Positions 1-8,581 of a stretch of 47,399 nt of DNA are shown here, piece by piece. Position 1 is the first letter of the stretch. The number at the start of each line of letters is the position of its first letter. Made by a program: the position numbers and the translations under genes. Origin of the DNA: Bacillota bacterium (GTDB lineage Bacteria; Patescibacteriota; Patescibacteriia; Patescibacteriales; UBA12465); contig JBLNBA010000003.1 in the NCBI GenBank assembly GCA_050259635.1, forward strand, positions 1-47,399. The letters run 5' to 3'. A model generated the notes under the pieces. It saw nothing but the letters and a program-made list of their open reading frames with translations. It had not been told where the DNA came from and did no database searches.

Positions 1-154
1 CTTCTCTCCAAGCAATACCCAAGACCTTGGACCCCTCCGCCTCGGATATCTCTTTCCAAACCGGAGACTGCAAAACCTCCGCCCCTTCTCCAAAACCCCC
101 CAGGGCGGGTTCCCAATCCTCAACGGATAATTGTCCTTCATTTAGTATTTCCAT
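1..154 (-). CDS. hypothetical protein, N-terminal part only (runs off left edge)
   Basis: The minus-strand ATG at 152-154 opens a frame that stays open to base 1: MEILNEGQLSVEDWEPALGGFGEGAEVLQSPVWKEISEAEGSKVLGIAWRE. It is shorter than the 60-aa cut-off of the supplied track. It sits just downstream of the hairpin at 183-212. Confidence 0.35.
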   Translation of the reverse strand, partial: MEILNEGQLSVEDWEPALGGFGEGAEVLQSPVWKEISEAEGSKVLGIAWRE

Positions 155-182
155 ATGAAAAGTATAGCATACCGGCACAAAC

Positions 183-212
183 AAAAAACCTCTCGGGAAA
201 GAGAGGTTTTTT
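183..212 (-). terminator. intrinsic terminator hairpin after the distal pilin gene
   Basis: CCTCTC (189-194) pairs with GAGAGG (201-206) around a GGGAAA loop. It is flanked by an A-run (183-188) and a T-run (207-212), so it gives a U-tract on either strand. Confidence 0.7.
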
Positions 213-224
213 AATGGGAAATAT

Positions 225-677
225 TTACTTCAAAACAGAAGCTACGCCCGCCGGAGAAGCAGTTTGAGGTCCTGATTCAACATTACCAGTATCTGCCCCC
301 AAGCAATATGTGAGGGTATAAGAAGCAGATCCTTGGCCGCTCGCACCGGCCTGACGAGCATAGACATATCTATTGCTGCCATCAGCGTCCGTGCAGGTTC
401 CATCTGCCGGAAGCGGAGCTTTAGGGACCACCCTTAATAAAGGAGGAGTTGTCGAGGCCAATGCAGCAAGACCAGGGCTCGTAGCAGGATAATCATTATT
501 ATCGTTATAATACATCTCCAATGCAGTCTGCATTTGTTTCACGTCGGCAATACGCTTGGCGTCTCTCGAGCGAGCGCGGGCGCTATTTAATGCCAACACA
601 GACAGTGTGGAAAGCAAACCAATGATCGCAATTACGACCAAGAGTTCGATTAAGGTAAAACCTTTTTTATTACGCAT
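225..677 (-). CDS. type IV pilin / pseudopilin (prepilin-type N-terminal cleavage-methylation domain)
   Basis: The N-terminus MRNKKG|FTLIELLVVIAIIGLL has a short basic leader, G-1, F+1 and E+5, followed by a hydrophobic helix. A Cys pair lies near the C-terminus (GTCTDADG ... YCLG). ATG at 675-677. Confidence 0.9.
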   Translation of the reverse strand: MRNKKGFTLIELLVVIAIIGLLSTLSVLALNSARARSRDAKRIADVKQMQTALEMYYNDNNDYPATSPGLAALASTTPPLLRVVPKAPLPADGTCTDADGSNRYVYARQAGASGQGSASYTLTYCLGADTGNVESGPQTASPAGVASVLK

Positions 678-774
678 ACACGTAAATACTGATCCTATAT
701 GGGATCGTGCAATTAAGAATTAGAGCACGAAAAAGGTGCTTACTTAGATGTTAGCATAGATTAATTAAATAAAA

Positions 775-806
775 AACCCCACAAACAAAGAGAGGGGGGT
801 TTTTTA
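775..806 (-). terminator. weak terminator-like hairpin between the two pilin genes
   Basis: AACCCC (775-780) can pair with GGGGTT (796-801) over a long loop, with an A-run before and a T-run after. The stem is short, hence the low confidence. Confidence 0.35.
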
Positions 807-811
807 TGAAA

Positions 812-1258
812 CTATTTGAGATTGGACGCCACACCTGCAGGGGTGGCTATCTGGGGTCCCTTTAAGACATTCCCCGTATCCGCACCTAAACAATAAGAGA
901 GCGTATAAGAGGATGACCCGGTTCCACCGGAACCTTCAGCCACCGTATTATAGGCATAAGTATAGGTGTTCTGAGCTGTCGAGCAATTGCCATCAGCCGG
1001 AGTCGGCTCCTTGGGGACGACTTTTAATAAAGGAGGTGTGGTAGAGGCCAGCGCCGTCAATGCGCTAGGATAATTATTTGCATCATTATAATACATCTCC
1101 AATGCTGTCTGTACCTGCTTTATATCAGCGATACGCTTCGCATCTCTAGCTCGAGCGCGGGCGCTATTTAATGCCAATACGGACAGTGTGGAAAGCAAAC
1201 CGATGATCGCGATTACGACCAAGAGTTCGATTAATGTAAAACCTTTTTTCTTTTTCAT
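812..1258 (-). CDS. type IV pilin / pseudopilin, tandem paralog of 225-677
   Basis: The N-terminus is MKKKKG|FTLIELLVVIAIIGLLSTLSVLALNSARARARDAKR. The C-terminus YTLSYCLGADTGNVLKGPQIATPAGVASNLK parallels the neighbouring pilin. A strong SD-like AAAGGGGGTGA lies just upstream of the ATG at 1256-1258. Confidence 0.9.
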   Translation of the reverse strand: MKKKKGFTLIELLVVIAIIGLLSTLSVLALNSARARARDAKRIADIKQVQTALEMYYNDANNYPSALTALASTTPPLLKVVPKEPTPADGNCSTAQNTYTYAYNTVAEGSGGTGSSSYTLSYCLGADTGNVLKGPQIATPAGVASNLK

Positions 1259-1381
1259 AAATTCACCCCCTTTCGATAATTTCCGTTTACGCCCTTAATA
1301 CCGGTTGTAAGAGCATAAACGCAAACGGTTATTAACATATCCTAATTATAGCAAAGCCGAAGAAGAGCCGCAACAATCTGG

Positions 1382-2590
1382 CTAGAACTGGCTGGCCATG
1401 TTATACATTGGCATCAAGACGGCAGCCACCATGATACCCACCCCCACCCCCATAACTACCATGATAAGGGGCTCCATGAGGGCGCTCAGATTGGCCAGCA
1501 TCGCCGCGGATTCACGGCCATAGAAATCAGTTATCTTATCTAACACCGAATCCAGCCTCCCTGTCCTTTCCCCGATATTTATCATCTGTGGCACCATTTT
1601 AGGGACATCAGAGCTGGCTTCCATAACGGTCGAAAAAGGATTGCCATCATTAATGGATTCAAGGGTCCGCATGATGAGATCGCGGTAAATCACATTCCCC
1701 ACTACGTTCGAGGTAATCTCCAGGCTCCTGGTGATGGTGACGCCGCCCTTGAGCAGAGTGGAAAGGGACCGGGTAAAACGCATGAGATAGATATACTTGA
1801 AAAGCTTCCCGAAAATCGGCATCCTGAGCTTTACCGCGTCAATCTGGTATCTTCCCAGTTCAGTCTTGAGGTAATACCTTATGCCCATCGCCAGTCCGGC
1901 AACTACCAATCCGATGAGGATCAAGTAATCTCGCATGAAATTGGAGACGGCAATGATAATCCTGGTAGCCAGCGGAAGCTTCATGCCGGTTTCCGTCAAG
2001 ATCTGTGTAAGATTCGGGATAACGTAAACCATCAAGACGATGCCCACCCCCGTCAAACCGCAGAGAATGAAAACCGGATAAATCATCGCGCCCTTGATCT
2101 TCGAGTTCATGTCGTAGCTCTTCTCCATTTCATCGGCCAGATAGGTCAATACTTCATCCAATTTACCCGAGGTTTCACCGCTCTTGATGATATTAACGAA
2201 AAACTCAGAAAAGATTTTCGGCCGCTTGCCAAAGGCATCGGAGAGCAAAGCGCCGCTGTCCACCTCGAAGGCGATATCGGCGATCATATTCTTGAGGGAG
2301 AAATTATTCGTCTGGTCGATAAGGATGAGCAGAGACTCCACCACCGGCATATTTGCCGAGATCATGACGGCGAACTGGCGCGCGAAAATCACCAAATCCT
2401 TGACCTTGATAGGGTTAAGGATCAGTTGGATCTTGGCATCAAGGCTGCCGGTCATATCGGTCAGCGCCAAGACGGCCATATCCTGCTTACGCAGGCGGGT
2501 AGCTACCTCTCCTTCGTTGACCCCTACGGTCAGTTCGGATTTTGTCTTTCCGGTAGTATTATTTTTGGCTTTGTACTTATAAATCGGCAT
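1382..2590 (-). CDS. pilC: type IV pilus platform protein PilC (GspF family)
   Basis: 402-aa polytopic protein with the two-fold repeated GspF-type architecture. It sits directly downstream of the PilB ATPase, with the PilB stop 3 nt upstream. Confidence 0.85.
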   Translation of the reverse strand: MPIYKYKAKNNTTGKTKSELTVGVNEGEVATRLRKQDMAVLALTDMTGSLDAKIQLILNPIKVKDLVIFARQFAVMISANMPVVESLLILIDQTNNFSLKNMIADIAFEVDSGALLSDAFGKRPKIFSEFFVNIIKSGETSGKLDEVLTYLADEMEKSYDMNSKIKGAMIYPVFILCGLTGVGIVLMVYVIPNLTQILTETGMKLPLATRIIIAVSNFMRDYLILIGLVVAGLAMGIRYYLKTELGRYQIDAVKLRMPIFGKLFKYIYLMRFTRSLSTLLKGGVTITRSLEITSNVVGNVIYRDLIMRTLESINDGNPFSTVMEASSDVPKMVPQMINIGERTGRLDSVLDKITDFYGRESAAMLANLSALMEPLIMVVMGVGVGIMVAAVLMPMYNMASQF

Positions 2591-2593
2591 AGT

Positions 2594-4348
2594 TTAGCTT
2601 TCAATGACACGTAAGACTTCTTCCATCGTCGTTACTCCCTTCACCACCTTAACCACCCCGTCCTGTTTGATGGATATGAAATCCTGGCTCTTCTTAACAG
2701 TTTCCAAATTAAAATCCTTGCTGCCTTGGCTGATAAGCTCTTTCAAAGTGTCGTTAATATCGATAACTTCCGAGATGGCAACGCGTCCGGTAAAACCGGT
2801 ATTCTCACAGTGAGTGCAGCCGACCGGCGCATAGAATTTCACCTTAGAAAGATCTATCGCCTCTCCCATCTCCGGAAGCTCCTGTTTCAGGATCGCCGGC
2901 GGCACCGCCTTGAGGTCCGCCGCAAGCTCATCCATCTCCGTTTGCGGCAAAGTAATTTCCTTCTTGCAACGATCGCAAAGGCGACGCGCCAAGCGCTGGG
3001 CGACCACCGTTTTCAAGGTAGAGGCTAAAAGGAAACGTTCTATCTTCATGTCGATCAAGCGCAACACCGCTCCCAAGGCATCGTTAGTATGCAAGGTGGA
3101 GACGACCAAATGTCCGGTAAGGGAGGCATGGATAGAAAGCTCAGCTGTTTCTTCATCGCGGATTTCGCCGACCATGATGATATTAGGATCTTGGCGCAGT
3201 AAGGAGCGGAGACCGGTAGCAAAGGTGAAGCCCACCTTCGGCCTCACCTGGGATTGGTTTATCCCTTTCATTTCATATTCGATCGGGTCTTCAAGAGTAG
3301 AAATATTCACCCCTTCCTTATTCAGAATATCTAACAAGGAATATAAAGTCGTCGTCTTACCGGAACCGGTAGGACCGGTGACCAGGATGATGCCGCTCGT
3401 CTTCTGGGCGGCCGCATGCAAGACCCGGAGAGAATTCTGGTTGAAACCCAGATCCTCCAAAGCCGGAGCGCCTTTAGCGGTATCAAGGATACGCATCACG
3501 ACCTTCTCTTGGCTCGCCAGAGGAAGGGTGGAAACGCGGAAATCCACCGGGCGTCCGCTCACCAGTAAGCGGATACGTCCGTCCTGAGGAATGCGGGTTT
3601 CATCCAGTTTCAGTTTACTCATGACTTTGATACGGGCGATGATGGCGTTATGGATACTCTTAGGCAAAGTAAGCGAAGTATGGAGGATGCCGTCGATACG
3701 GTAGCGGACTCGGCTTTCCTTGTCGAAAGGCTCGATATGGATATCGCTCGCCCGCGCTTCCACGGCGTGCCTGATAATGACCGATACAATGCGGGAAACC
3801 GGAGCGCTATTGATATCTTCATCGGCCAGAGCATTCTCATCGCCCTTTATCGCCACTACTTCGTCTCCTTCTTCTTTCGCTTTCACCTCAAGGGCGCTCG
3901 AGATTTCTTCCTCGATCTTCTGATACTGCTTGAAGATCTTCTGCCAGCTAGACTGGGAAATGAGATGGTACTGGACGATGAGCTTCTCATCCAAAGCAAG
4001 GAAGTTCACCGCCTCCATCGCCTTGAGGTTAGGTTCGGTAAGCCCCATGCGGATGGTCTTCCCTTCTCTCGCAAAACAGACGATATTATAATTGCGGGCG
4101 ATTTCCTCGGGAATGAAGTTCAAGACTTCCTCGGGGATCTTTTCATCGGAATAAAGGAAATAGGGCAGGTTGTATAAGGCGGCCCGCGCTTCTGTCAGCT
4201 GCTCTTCGTTAAGGATCTTCTTCGTTATCAAAAAACTCGGGAGCTCCTGTTTGGGCTCCGTTGTCTGATTCTTGAATTCTTCCGCTTGCTCACCGGTAAG
4301 CAGATTGCGGTCGATGAGCAATTTCAGCAGTTGTTCCTGTTTCTCCAT
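2594..4348 (-). CDS. pilB: type IV pilus assembly ATPase PilB (GspE family)
   Basis: Walker A GPTGSGKTTT, His box TGHLVVSTLHTND and the tetracysteine motif CDRCKK...CTHCENTG are present. I place the start at MEKQEQLL (ATG 4346-4348), 1 nt after the TGA of the upstream ORF. The 17 codons upstream in the track overlap that ORF. Confidence 0.92.
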   Translation of the reverse strand: MEKQEQLLKLLIDRNLLTGEQAEEFKNQTTEPKQELPSFLITKKILNEEQLTEARAALYNLPYFLYSDEKIPEEVLNFIPEEIARNYNIVCFAREGKTIRMGLTEPNLKAMEAVNFLALDEKLIVQYHLISQSSWQKIFKQYQKIEEEISSALEVKAKEEGDEVVAIKGDENALADEDINSAPVSRIVSVIIRHAVEARASDIHIEPFDKESRVRYRIDGILHTSLTLPKSIHNAIIARIKVMSKLKLDETRIPQDGRIRLLVSGRPVDFRVSTLPLASQEKVVMRILDTAKGAPALEDLGFNQNSLRVLHAAAQKTSGIILVTGPTGSGKTTTLYSLLDILNKEGVNISTLEDPIEYEMKGINQSQVRPKVGFTFATGLRSLLRQDPNIIMVGEIRDEETAELSIHASLTGHLVVSTLHTNDALGAVLRLIDMKIERFLLASTLKTVVAQRLARRLCDRCKKEITLPQTEMDELAADLKAVPPAILKQELPEMGEAIDLSKVKFYAPVGCTHCENTGFTGRVAISEVIDINDTLKELISQGSKDFNLETVKKSQDFISIKQDGVVKVVKGVTTMEEVLRVIES

Positions 4349-4349
4349 A

Positions 4350-4733
4350 TCATTTCTTCTCAATCTTCTTATCTGCTTCCTTCTCAATCGGACGCACAAA
4401 GGGACTGTTATTGCCGAGATAAACCGGCTGCCAGGCTGGCGGCTGGATAGTGGCTCCCAAAGCGGAGTCTATCACCGGTTTGCCCACATAATTAAAATCA
4501 AAATATAGCACGCTATCCTGCAGTTTCTTGAAAGACGGATCGGCCAAGATCTGGATATCCGGCAGATTGCCGGCATCCGGTTGGAGCGGCCGCTCTTCCC
4601 CTATGGCCTCGTTTCCGAATACCCGCGTGCTCACCATGCCTAAAATCCTGCCCTTTAAAGCAAAGATGAGGATCCCGGCTAAAAGCAGGATGGCTGTGAG
4701 GATATAGATGCTGGCATTACGCAAGGAGGTCAT
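4350..4733 (-). CDS. small bitopic membrane protein of unknown family inside the pilus operon
   Basis: One N-terminal TM (IYILTAILLLAGILIFAL) and a soluble C-terminal part. It is tightly packed between the pilO-like gene and pilB, a position where PilP-type accessory proteins sit in other systems. Confidence 0.6.
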   Translation of the reverse strand: MTSLRNASIYILTAILLLAGILIFALKGRILGMVSTRVFGNEAIGEERPLQPDAGNLPDIQILADPSFKKLQDSVLYFDFNYVGKPVIDSALGATIQPPAWQPVYLGNNSPFVRPIEKEADKKIEKK

Positions 4734-5369
4734 CTATTTAAAATAATAAGTGTCTACGGACAAGACGGCCGTTTTGGCCGCGGGATCGAAATCCATCACC
4801 CTTATGTCCAATAATTGAAGATTCTGTTCCAAAAGCGGCAGCAGGTTCTTGAGGCCGGCGTAATCTACAGAACCCAATCCCATCTCCGCCGTTACCACCC
4901 CGATATGCTCGCCTCCGGGCAAATCTATCCGACGCTCAGATTTGGGTGCCATCGGATTAGCTGCCGTCTCCGCGCTTTCCCCGTCTTTTGCAAGCGCTAA
5001 GGAGGTCAGGGTGAGGCCGCGTTGCAAGACGATATCTTCCAACTCCCCGAACAGTTTCTCCTTGGCATATTCATCCGGCAGGATAGAATTAACCTTCTCC
5101 ACATCCGCCTCGTCGATCTTCCGATATAAAGTAGCGGCTGCCTGGAGATCGGCCAGTTTCTGCCGCTGGCTTTGATAGAAGGTTTCCTGCTGGGAAATAT
5201 TATCCCGGACCGCCATGAGCGTCATCTGGAATTTCGGGCGGATAAGGAGGATATAGGCGACAAAAAGGAAAACGATCACGAAAAAGACGACCAAAAGATT
5301 GAAATTCTCATTCAGAAAAGTGTTGATCGCATTCTGAGTATTGTTTTTTCTGGCCTGTACGGGAACCAT
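4734..5369 (-). CDS. pilO: PilO-like pilus assembly protein
   Basis: N-terminal TM (LLVVFFVIVFLFVAYILLI), a coiled-coil segment and a C-terminal globular part. It immediately follows the pilN-like gene. The call rests on architecture and synteny. Confidence 0.5.
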   Translation of the reverse strand: MVPVQARKNNTQNAINTFLNENFNLLVVFFVIVFLFVAYILLIRPKFQMTLMAVRDNISQQETFYQSQRQKLADLQAAATLYRKIDEADVEKVNSILPDEYAKEKLFGELEDIVLQRGLTLTSLALAKDGESAETAANPMAPKSERRIDLPGGEHIGVVTAEMGLGSVDYAGLKNLLPLLEQNLQLLDIRVMDFDPAAKTAVLSVDTYYFK

Positions 5370-5371
5370 AA

Positions 5372-6013
5372 TTATTTGGCGCTCATGAAGAGCTTGGGGT
5401 CCACTTTAAGATTGAGGGTGAAAGTCACTCCCTCAGGCGCATTCTCAGCCGCTCCTTCCTCTTTCCCGGCCGTCCCGCTATCCACCTTGGCTGCCTTTAC
5501 CGAAGGGTCTGCCAGCATTGCCCGGGTCTGCCAGCTGATATCGCGGAATGTCTTAGCGGTGGCCGCTAACTCATATTCGCCATCGGCGCCGCCGGAGAAA
5601 GAAAGATAATTTACGCTGCTCAATGTATTCTTTTCCAACCAATTAAAGAAGTTGGTCCAATAGACATGATTGTCCAAAAGCCCTTGCGCTAAGTCCGAGC
5701 GCTGCTTGAAAGCCAGGATTTCATCGGACTCTGTGCGCATATCCTTGATCTGCTTGGACACGGCGTCATATTTGGCCTGGGTAGCCTGCACCCGCTCTTC
5801 TTCATATTGGGACCACCAATTCATCCCGACGTATATTTCCGCAATAAAGAGAGCGGCCACAAAAAAAGCGAAAAGCAGGGTTCCGAAATTCTGACGCCAA
5901 TCAAAATCAACCTGCATCTCATCCTTGATCAGGTTGACCTCCAGAACTTTGGGGTTCTGGCTTAGGTTACGCTCGGGCGCAACCGGCTTGTTTTTAGTAT
6001 TGAAATTCAGCAC
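5372..6013 (-). CDS. pilN: PilN-like pilus assembly protein
   Basis: Bitopic protein (TM LLFAFFVAALFIAEIYVGM) with a coiled coil, directly downstream of pilM. The start codon is GTG at 6011-6013. Confidence 0.5.
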   Translation of the reverse strand: MLNFNTKNKPVAPERNLSQNPKVLEVNLIKDEMQVDFDWRQNFGTLLFAFFVAALFIAEIYVGMNWWSQYEEERVQATQAKYDAVSKQIKDMRTESDEILAFKQRSDLAQGLLDNHVYWTNFFNWLEKNTLSSVNYLSFSGGADGEYELAATAKTFRDISWQTRAMLADPSVKAAKVDSGTAGKEEGAAENAPEGVTFTLNLKVDPKLFMSAK

Positions 6014-6023
6014 AGGATCGTGT

Positions 6024-7073
6024 TCAAGCGATCTCGCGCAAAGCGAGACCGGCAGCTACCGCCAGCTTGGGGCCGACTTCGGCAATAATGGGTTTCATTT
6101 CCTGGGGATAGGCCAAGCGGCTAAAAGGATCACCGATGATGACTTGCATGTTCAGATGTTGGGAAAGATAATCAGCTAAGCCGGCAAGCAAGGCGCCTCC
6201 TCCGGACAGGACAATCTTTTCGATCTTCTTCCCTTTGGAATTACCTTGGAAGAACTCCCGCATATACTCGATCTCATGGATGACCGGCGCGATGGTTTTG
6301 AGGATAAGCTGGGGCAGTTCTTCTTTGGAGCCATCGGACAAAGAAACGGAAAGGTCCACCTTGAACTGCTCCGCCTGGGCGAAGCTCACTCCCAATTTTT
6401 CCGCCAAAGCGCTGGTGATCGTCCCACCGCAGACCTCCAAGCTCCGATTCAAAACCGGGATGCTTTCCTGCACGACCGAGAGGTCGGTGCTGTTCGCCCC
6501 GATCTCGACGATCATCACGGTCGAGGGATCATTGCCCATCAAGGCCCGGACCAGAGAAAAAGTTTCGGTCTCGAGGCTGGCCAGTTCCAGTTTAGCTTCG
6601 CGGAAAATATTTATATAGCGCCTTACCAGTTTTTTTGGCGAACCCGTCAGGAAGACCCTAGTACCCTCCTTGTTGTCTGTCCCGGCCGGATCAACCGGCT
6701 TCCAATCCAGGATCATTTCTTCCAAAGGAAGGGGTATCACTTTTTTAGCTTCCTCCGAAACGACCGCGTCCATATTCTTCTTGTCGGTCGGCGGAACAGT
6801 AATGATGGAAGAAAAGACAGAAAAAGTGGGCAGCGAAGCGGTGACACGCCGCGCCTTGATACCGGCCTCGGCCTTCACCTTGAGGATCGCCTGAGCGAGA
6901 TACTGGATATCGTCTACTTTGGTAAAATTAATGCCGCTCACGTTCTCACTAAAAGCGTAATTGGAGAGCAGGATCTTCTTGTTCTTCTTATGCAGCTCGA
7001 CCATCTTCAAAGACGAATCGCCGATATCGATGCCGAGATATAAATTCTCATCTTTGGAGGAAAAAAGTCCCAT
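6024..7073 (-). CDS. pilM: type IV pilus assembly protein PilM (actin-like ATPase fold)
   Basis: The N-terminal YLGIDIGDSSLKMVEL phosphate-1-like motif, a size of 349 aa and its position as first gene of a pilMNO array support the call. Confidence 0.8.
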   Translation of the reverse strand: MGLFSSKDENLYLGIDIGDSSLKMVELHKKNKKILLSNYAFSENVSGINFTKVDDIQYLAQAILKVKAEAGIKARRVTASLPTFSVFSSIITVPPTDKKNMDAVVSEEAKKVIPLPLEEMILDWKPVDPAGTDNKEGTRVFLTGSPKKLVRRYINIFREAKLELASLETETFSLVRALMGNDPSTVMIVEIGANSTDLSVVQESIPVLNRSLEVCGGTITSALAEKLGVSFAQAEQFKVDLSVSLSDGSKEELPQLILKTIAPVIHEIEYMREFFQGNSKGKKIEKIVLSGGGALLAGLADYLSQHLNMQVIIGDPFSRLAYPQEMKPIIAEVGPKLAVAAGLALREIA

Positions 7074-7114
7074 ACAGGAATAAAAAAATTAACGCCGAGC
7101 GCCCAAGGCTGAAA

Positions 7115-7143
7115 TTGTGCTATCTATCTATCTAGTATATAAT
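7115..7143 (+). promoter_or_regulatory. sigma70-type promoter candidate for the 7230 gene
   Basis: TTGTGC (7115-7120), a 17-nt spacer containing a (TATC)3 run, then TATAAT (7138-7143). Confidence 0.5.
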
Positions 7144-7229
7144 ATTTGGTATCAAGCGACAAGGAAAAACGAGCCTTCGCGCGCTGAGATAATTGTACCA
7201 CATGCTCGTGAATAAAAAAATAAAAACTT

Positions 7230-8489
7230 ATGGGCTTCTTCAGCCGTTACAAGAAAATTTTCATCTCCTTGGGCTTCATCCTGGCCGTCGCGCTGCTCGC
7301 CTATCTGCTTTGGACCTTTTTCTTTAAGCAGCCGGCGGCACCGATCGAAACACTGGAACCCGGCGGCATCATGGGCGGCCTCACTCCTTCCGGCGATGGC
7401 AGTCCGAACTATTCCACTTCCACCGGCCCGGGCAAGCTAGAACCAGGAAGCGGCCGCGACAACCAGAACCAAGGAACAACTTTGCCCCCGGATTCCAATG
7501 AAGCCTCAGATGTCGCCTTGGGCGGCATCACCAAGACGGATCTCGCGGTAAGCGACAATGTGAGCTCCGCCACCATGACAGAAAACGGCCAGTTACGCTA
7601 TTATAGCGAAACAGACGGCAAATTCTATCGTCTCTCCCAAGATGGGCCGGTAGCTCTGAGCGACAAGGTCTTCCATGAAGTAAGCGACGTGGTCTGGTCC
7701 GGCAACGGCGGAAAGGCCATTATCGAATATCCGGATGGTTCCAAGATCAGCTACGACTTCGACACCGGCAAACAAGTTACCCTGCCCAAGCACTGGGAAG
7801 ACTTCTCCTTCTCCCCTGATGCTACCCGCATCTCCGCTAAAAGCCTGGGCGCGGACGTGGAAAACCGTTATCTGGTGGTCGCCAACGCCGATGGCAGCCG
7901 CGCGCGTTCCTTGAGCGCCATCGGCAACAATGACAAGGATGTCTATCCCGTCTGGTCTCCCAATAATCAAGCGGCTGCCATGTATACCCGCGGAGTAGAT
8001 TTCAACCGCCAAGAAGTCTTTTTCGTGGGCTTGAACGGAGAGAATTTCAAATCAACCATCGTCAACGGCCGCGGCTTCCAGCCTCTATGGTCCGATAGCG
8101 GAGACAAGCTCCTCTATAGCGTCTATAGCAGCGATCGGGGTATGAATCCGAGCCTCTGGATAGTGGGTGCCCAAGGAGACGAGATCGGACAGAACCGCAC
8201 GGAGCTCGGCCTAAATACCTGGGCGGAGAAATGCAACTTCGCCACTAACACCGACCTTTATTGCGCCGTCCCGGAAAGCCTGCCGGAAGGCGCCGGACTC
8301 TTCCCTGAACTAGCCACCAATACTTCCGACCTCCTGTACAAGATAGACCTCAAGACCGGAGCCAAGAAACTCATCGCCATACCCGACTCAGGAGCCACCA
8401 TTGCTAATATCATGGTTTCCGATACCCAAGACCTGCTCTATTACACCGATGCCCAGACAGGAAAGCTATATGAGATAAGGCTGAAATAG
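7230..8489 (+). CDS. membrane-anchored TolB-like (PD40/WD40-like beta-propeller) protein
   Basis: N-terminal TM (IFISLGFILAVALLAYLLW), a low-complexity linker, then repeated SPD/WSP-type blades (FSFSPDATRISAKS, YPVWSPNNQAAAMY, PLWSDSGDKLLYS). Confidence 0.5.
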   Translation: MGFFSRYKKIFISLGFILAVALLAYLLWTFFFKQPAAPIETLEPGGIMGGLTPSGDGSPNYSTSTGPGKLEPGSGRDNQNQGTTLPPDSNEASDVALGGITKTDLAVSDNVSSATMTENGQLRYYSETDGKFYRLSQDGPVALSDKVFHEVSDVVWSGNGGKAIIEYPDGSKISYDFDTGKQVTLPKHWEDFSFSPDATRISAKSLGADVENRYLVVANADGSRARSLSAIGNNDKDVYPVWSPNNQAAAMYTRGVDFNRQEVFFVGLNGENFKSTIVNGRGFQPLWSDSGDKLLYSVYSSDRGMNPSLWIVGAQGDEIGQNRTELGLNTWAEKCNFATNTDLYCAVPESLPEGAGLFPELATNTSDLLYKIDLKTGAKKLIAIPDSGATIANIMVSDTQDLLYYTDAQTGKLYEIRLK

Positions 8490-8528
8490 TAATATTAGAA
8501 TATCTTCCCTTTGAATCCATATATTAAA

Positions 8529-8549
8529 ACCACCGCCCTTGGCGGTGGT
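8529..8549. terminator. strong hairpin between convergent genes
   Basis: ACCACCGCC (8529-8537) pairs with GGCGGTGGT (8541-8549) around a CTT loop, with A-rich sequence before and T-rich sequence after. Confidence 0.7.
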
Positions 8550-8581
8550 TTCTATTATTCATAGTATTCCCGTTACCCCTG

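Noticed and set aside
2910-4177. Plus-strand ORFs of 225 and 175 aa antisense to pilB
   Set aside because: These are shadow ORFs. pilB on the minus strand carries all the expected ATPase motifs.
4349-4399. 17-codon N-terminal extension of pilB (MCVRLRRKQIRRLRRND)
   Set aside because: It overlaps the end of the upstream ORF and is Arg-rich junk-like. MEKQEQLL at 4348 gives the usual stop-start coupling.
6246-7043. 265-aa plus-strand ORF antisense to pilM (also 6235-6618 and 6670-6894)
   Set aside because: These are shadow ORFs within pilM, with no recognisable features.
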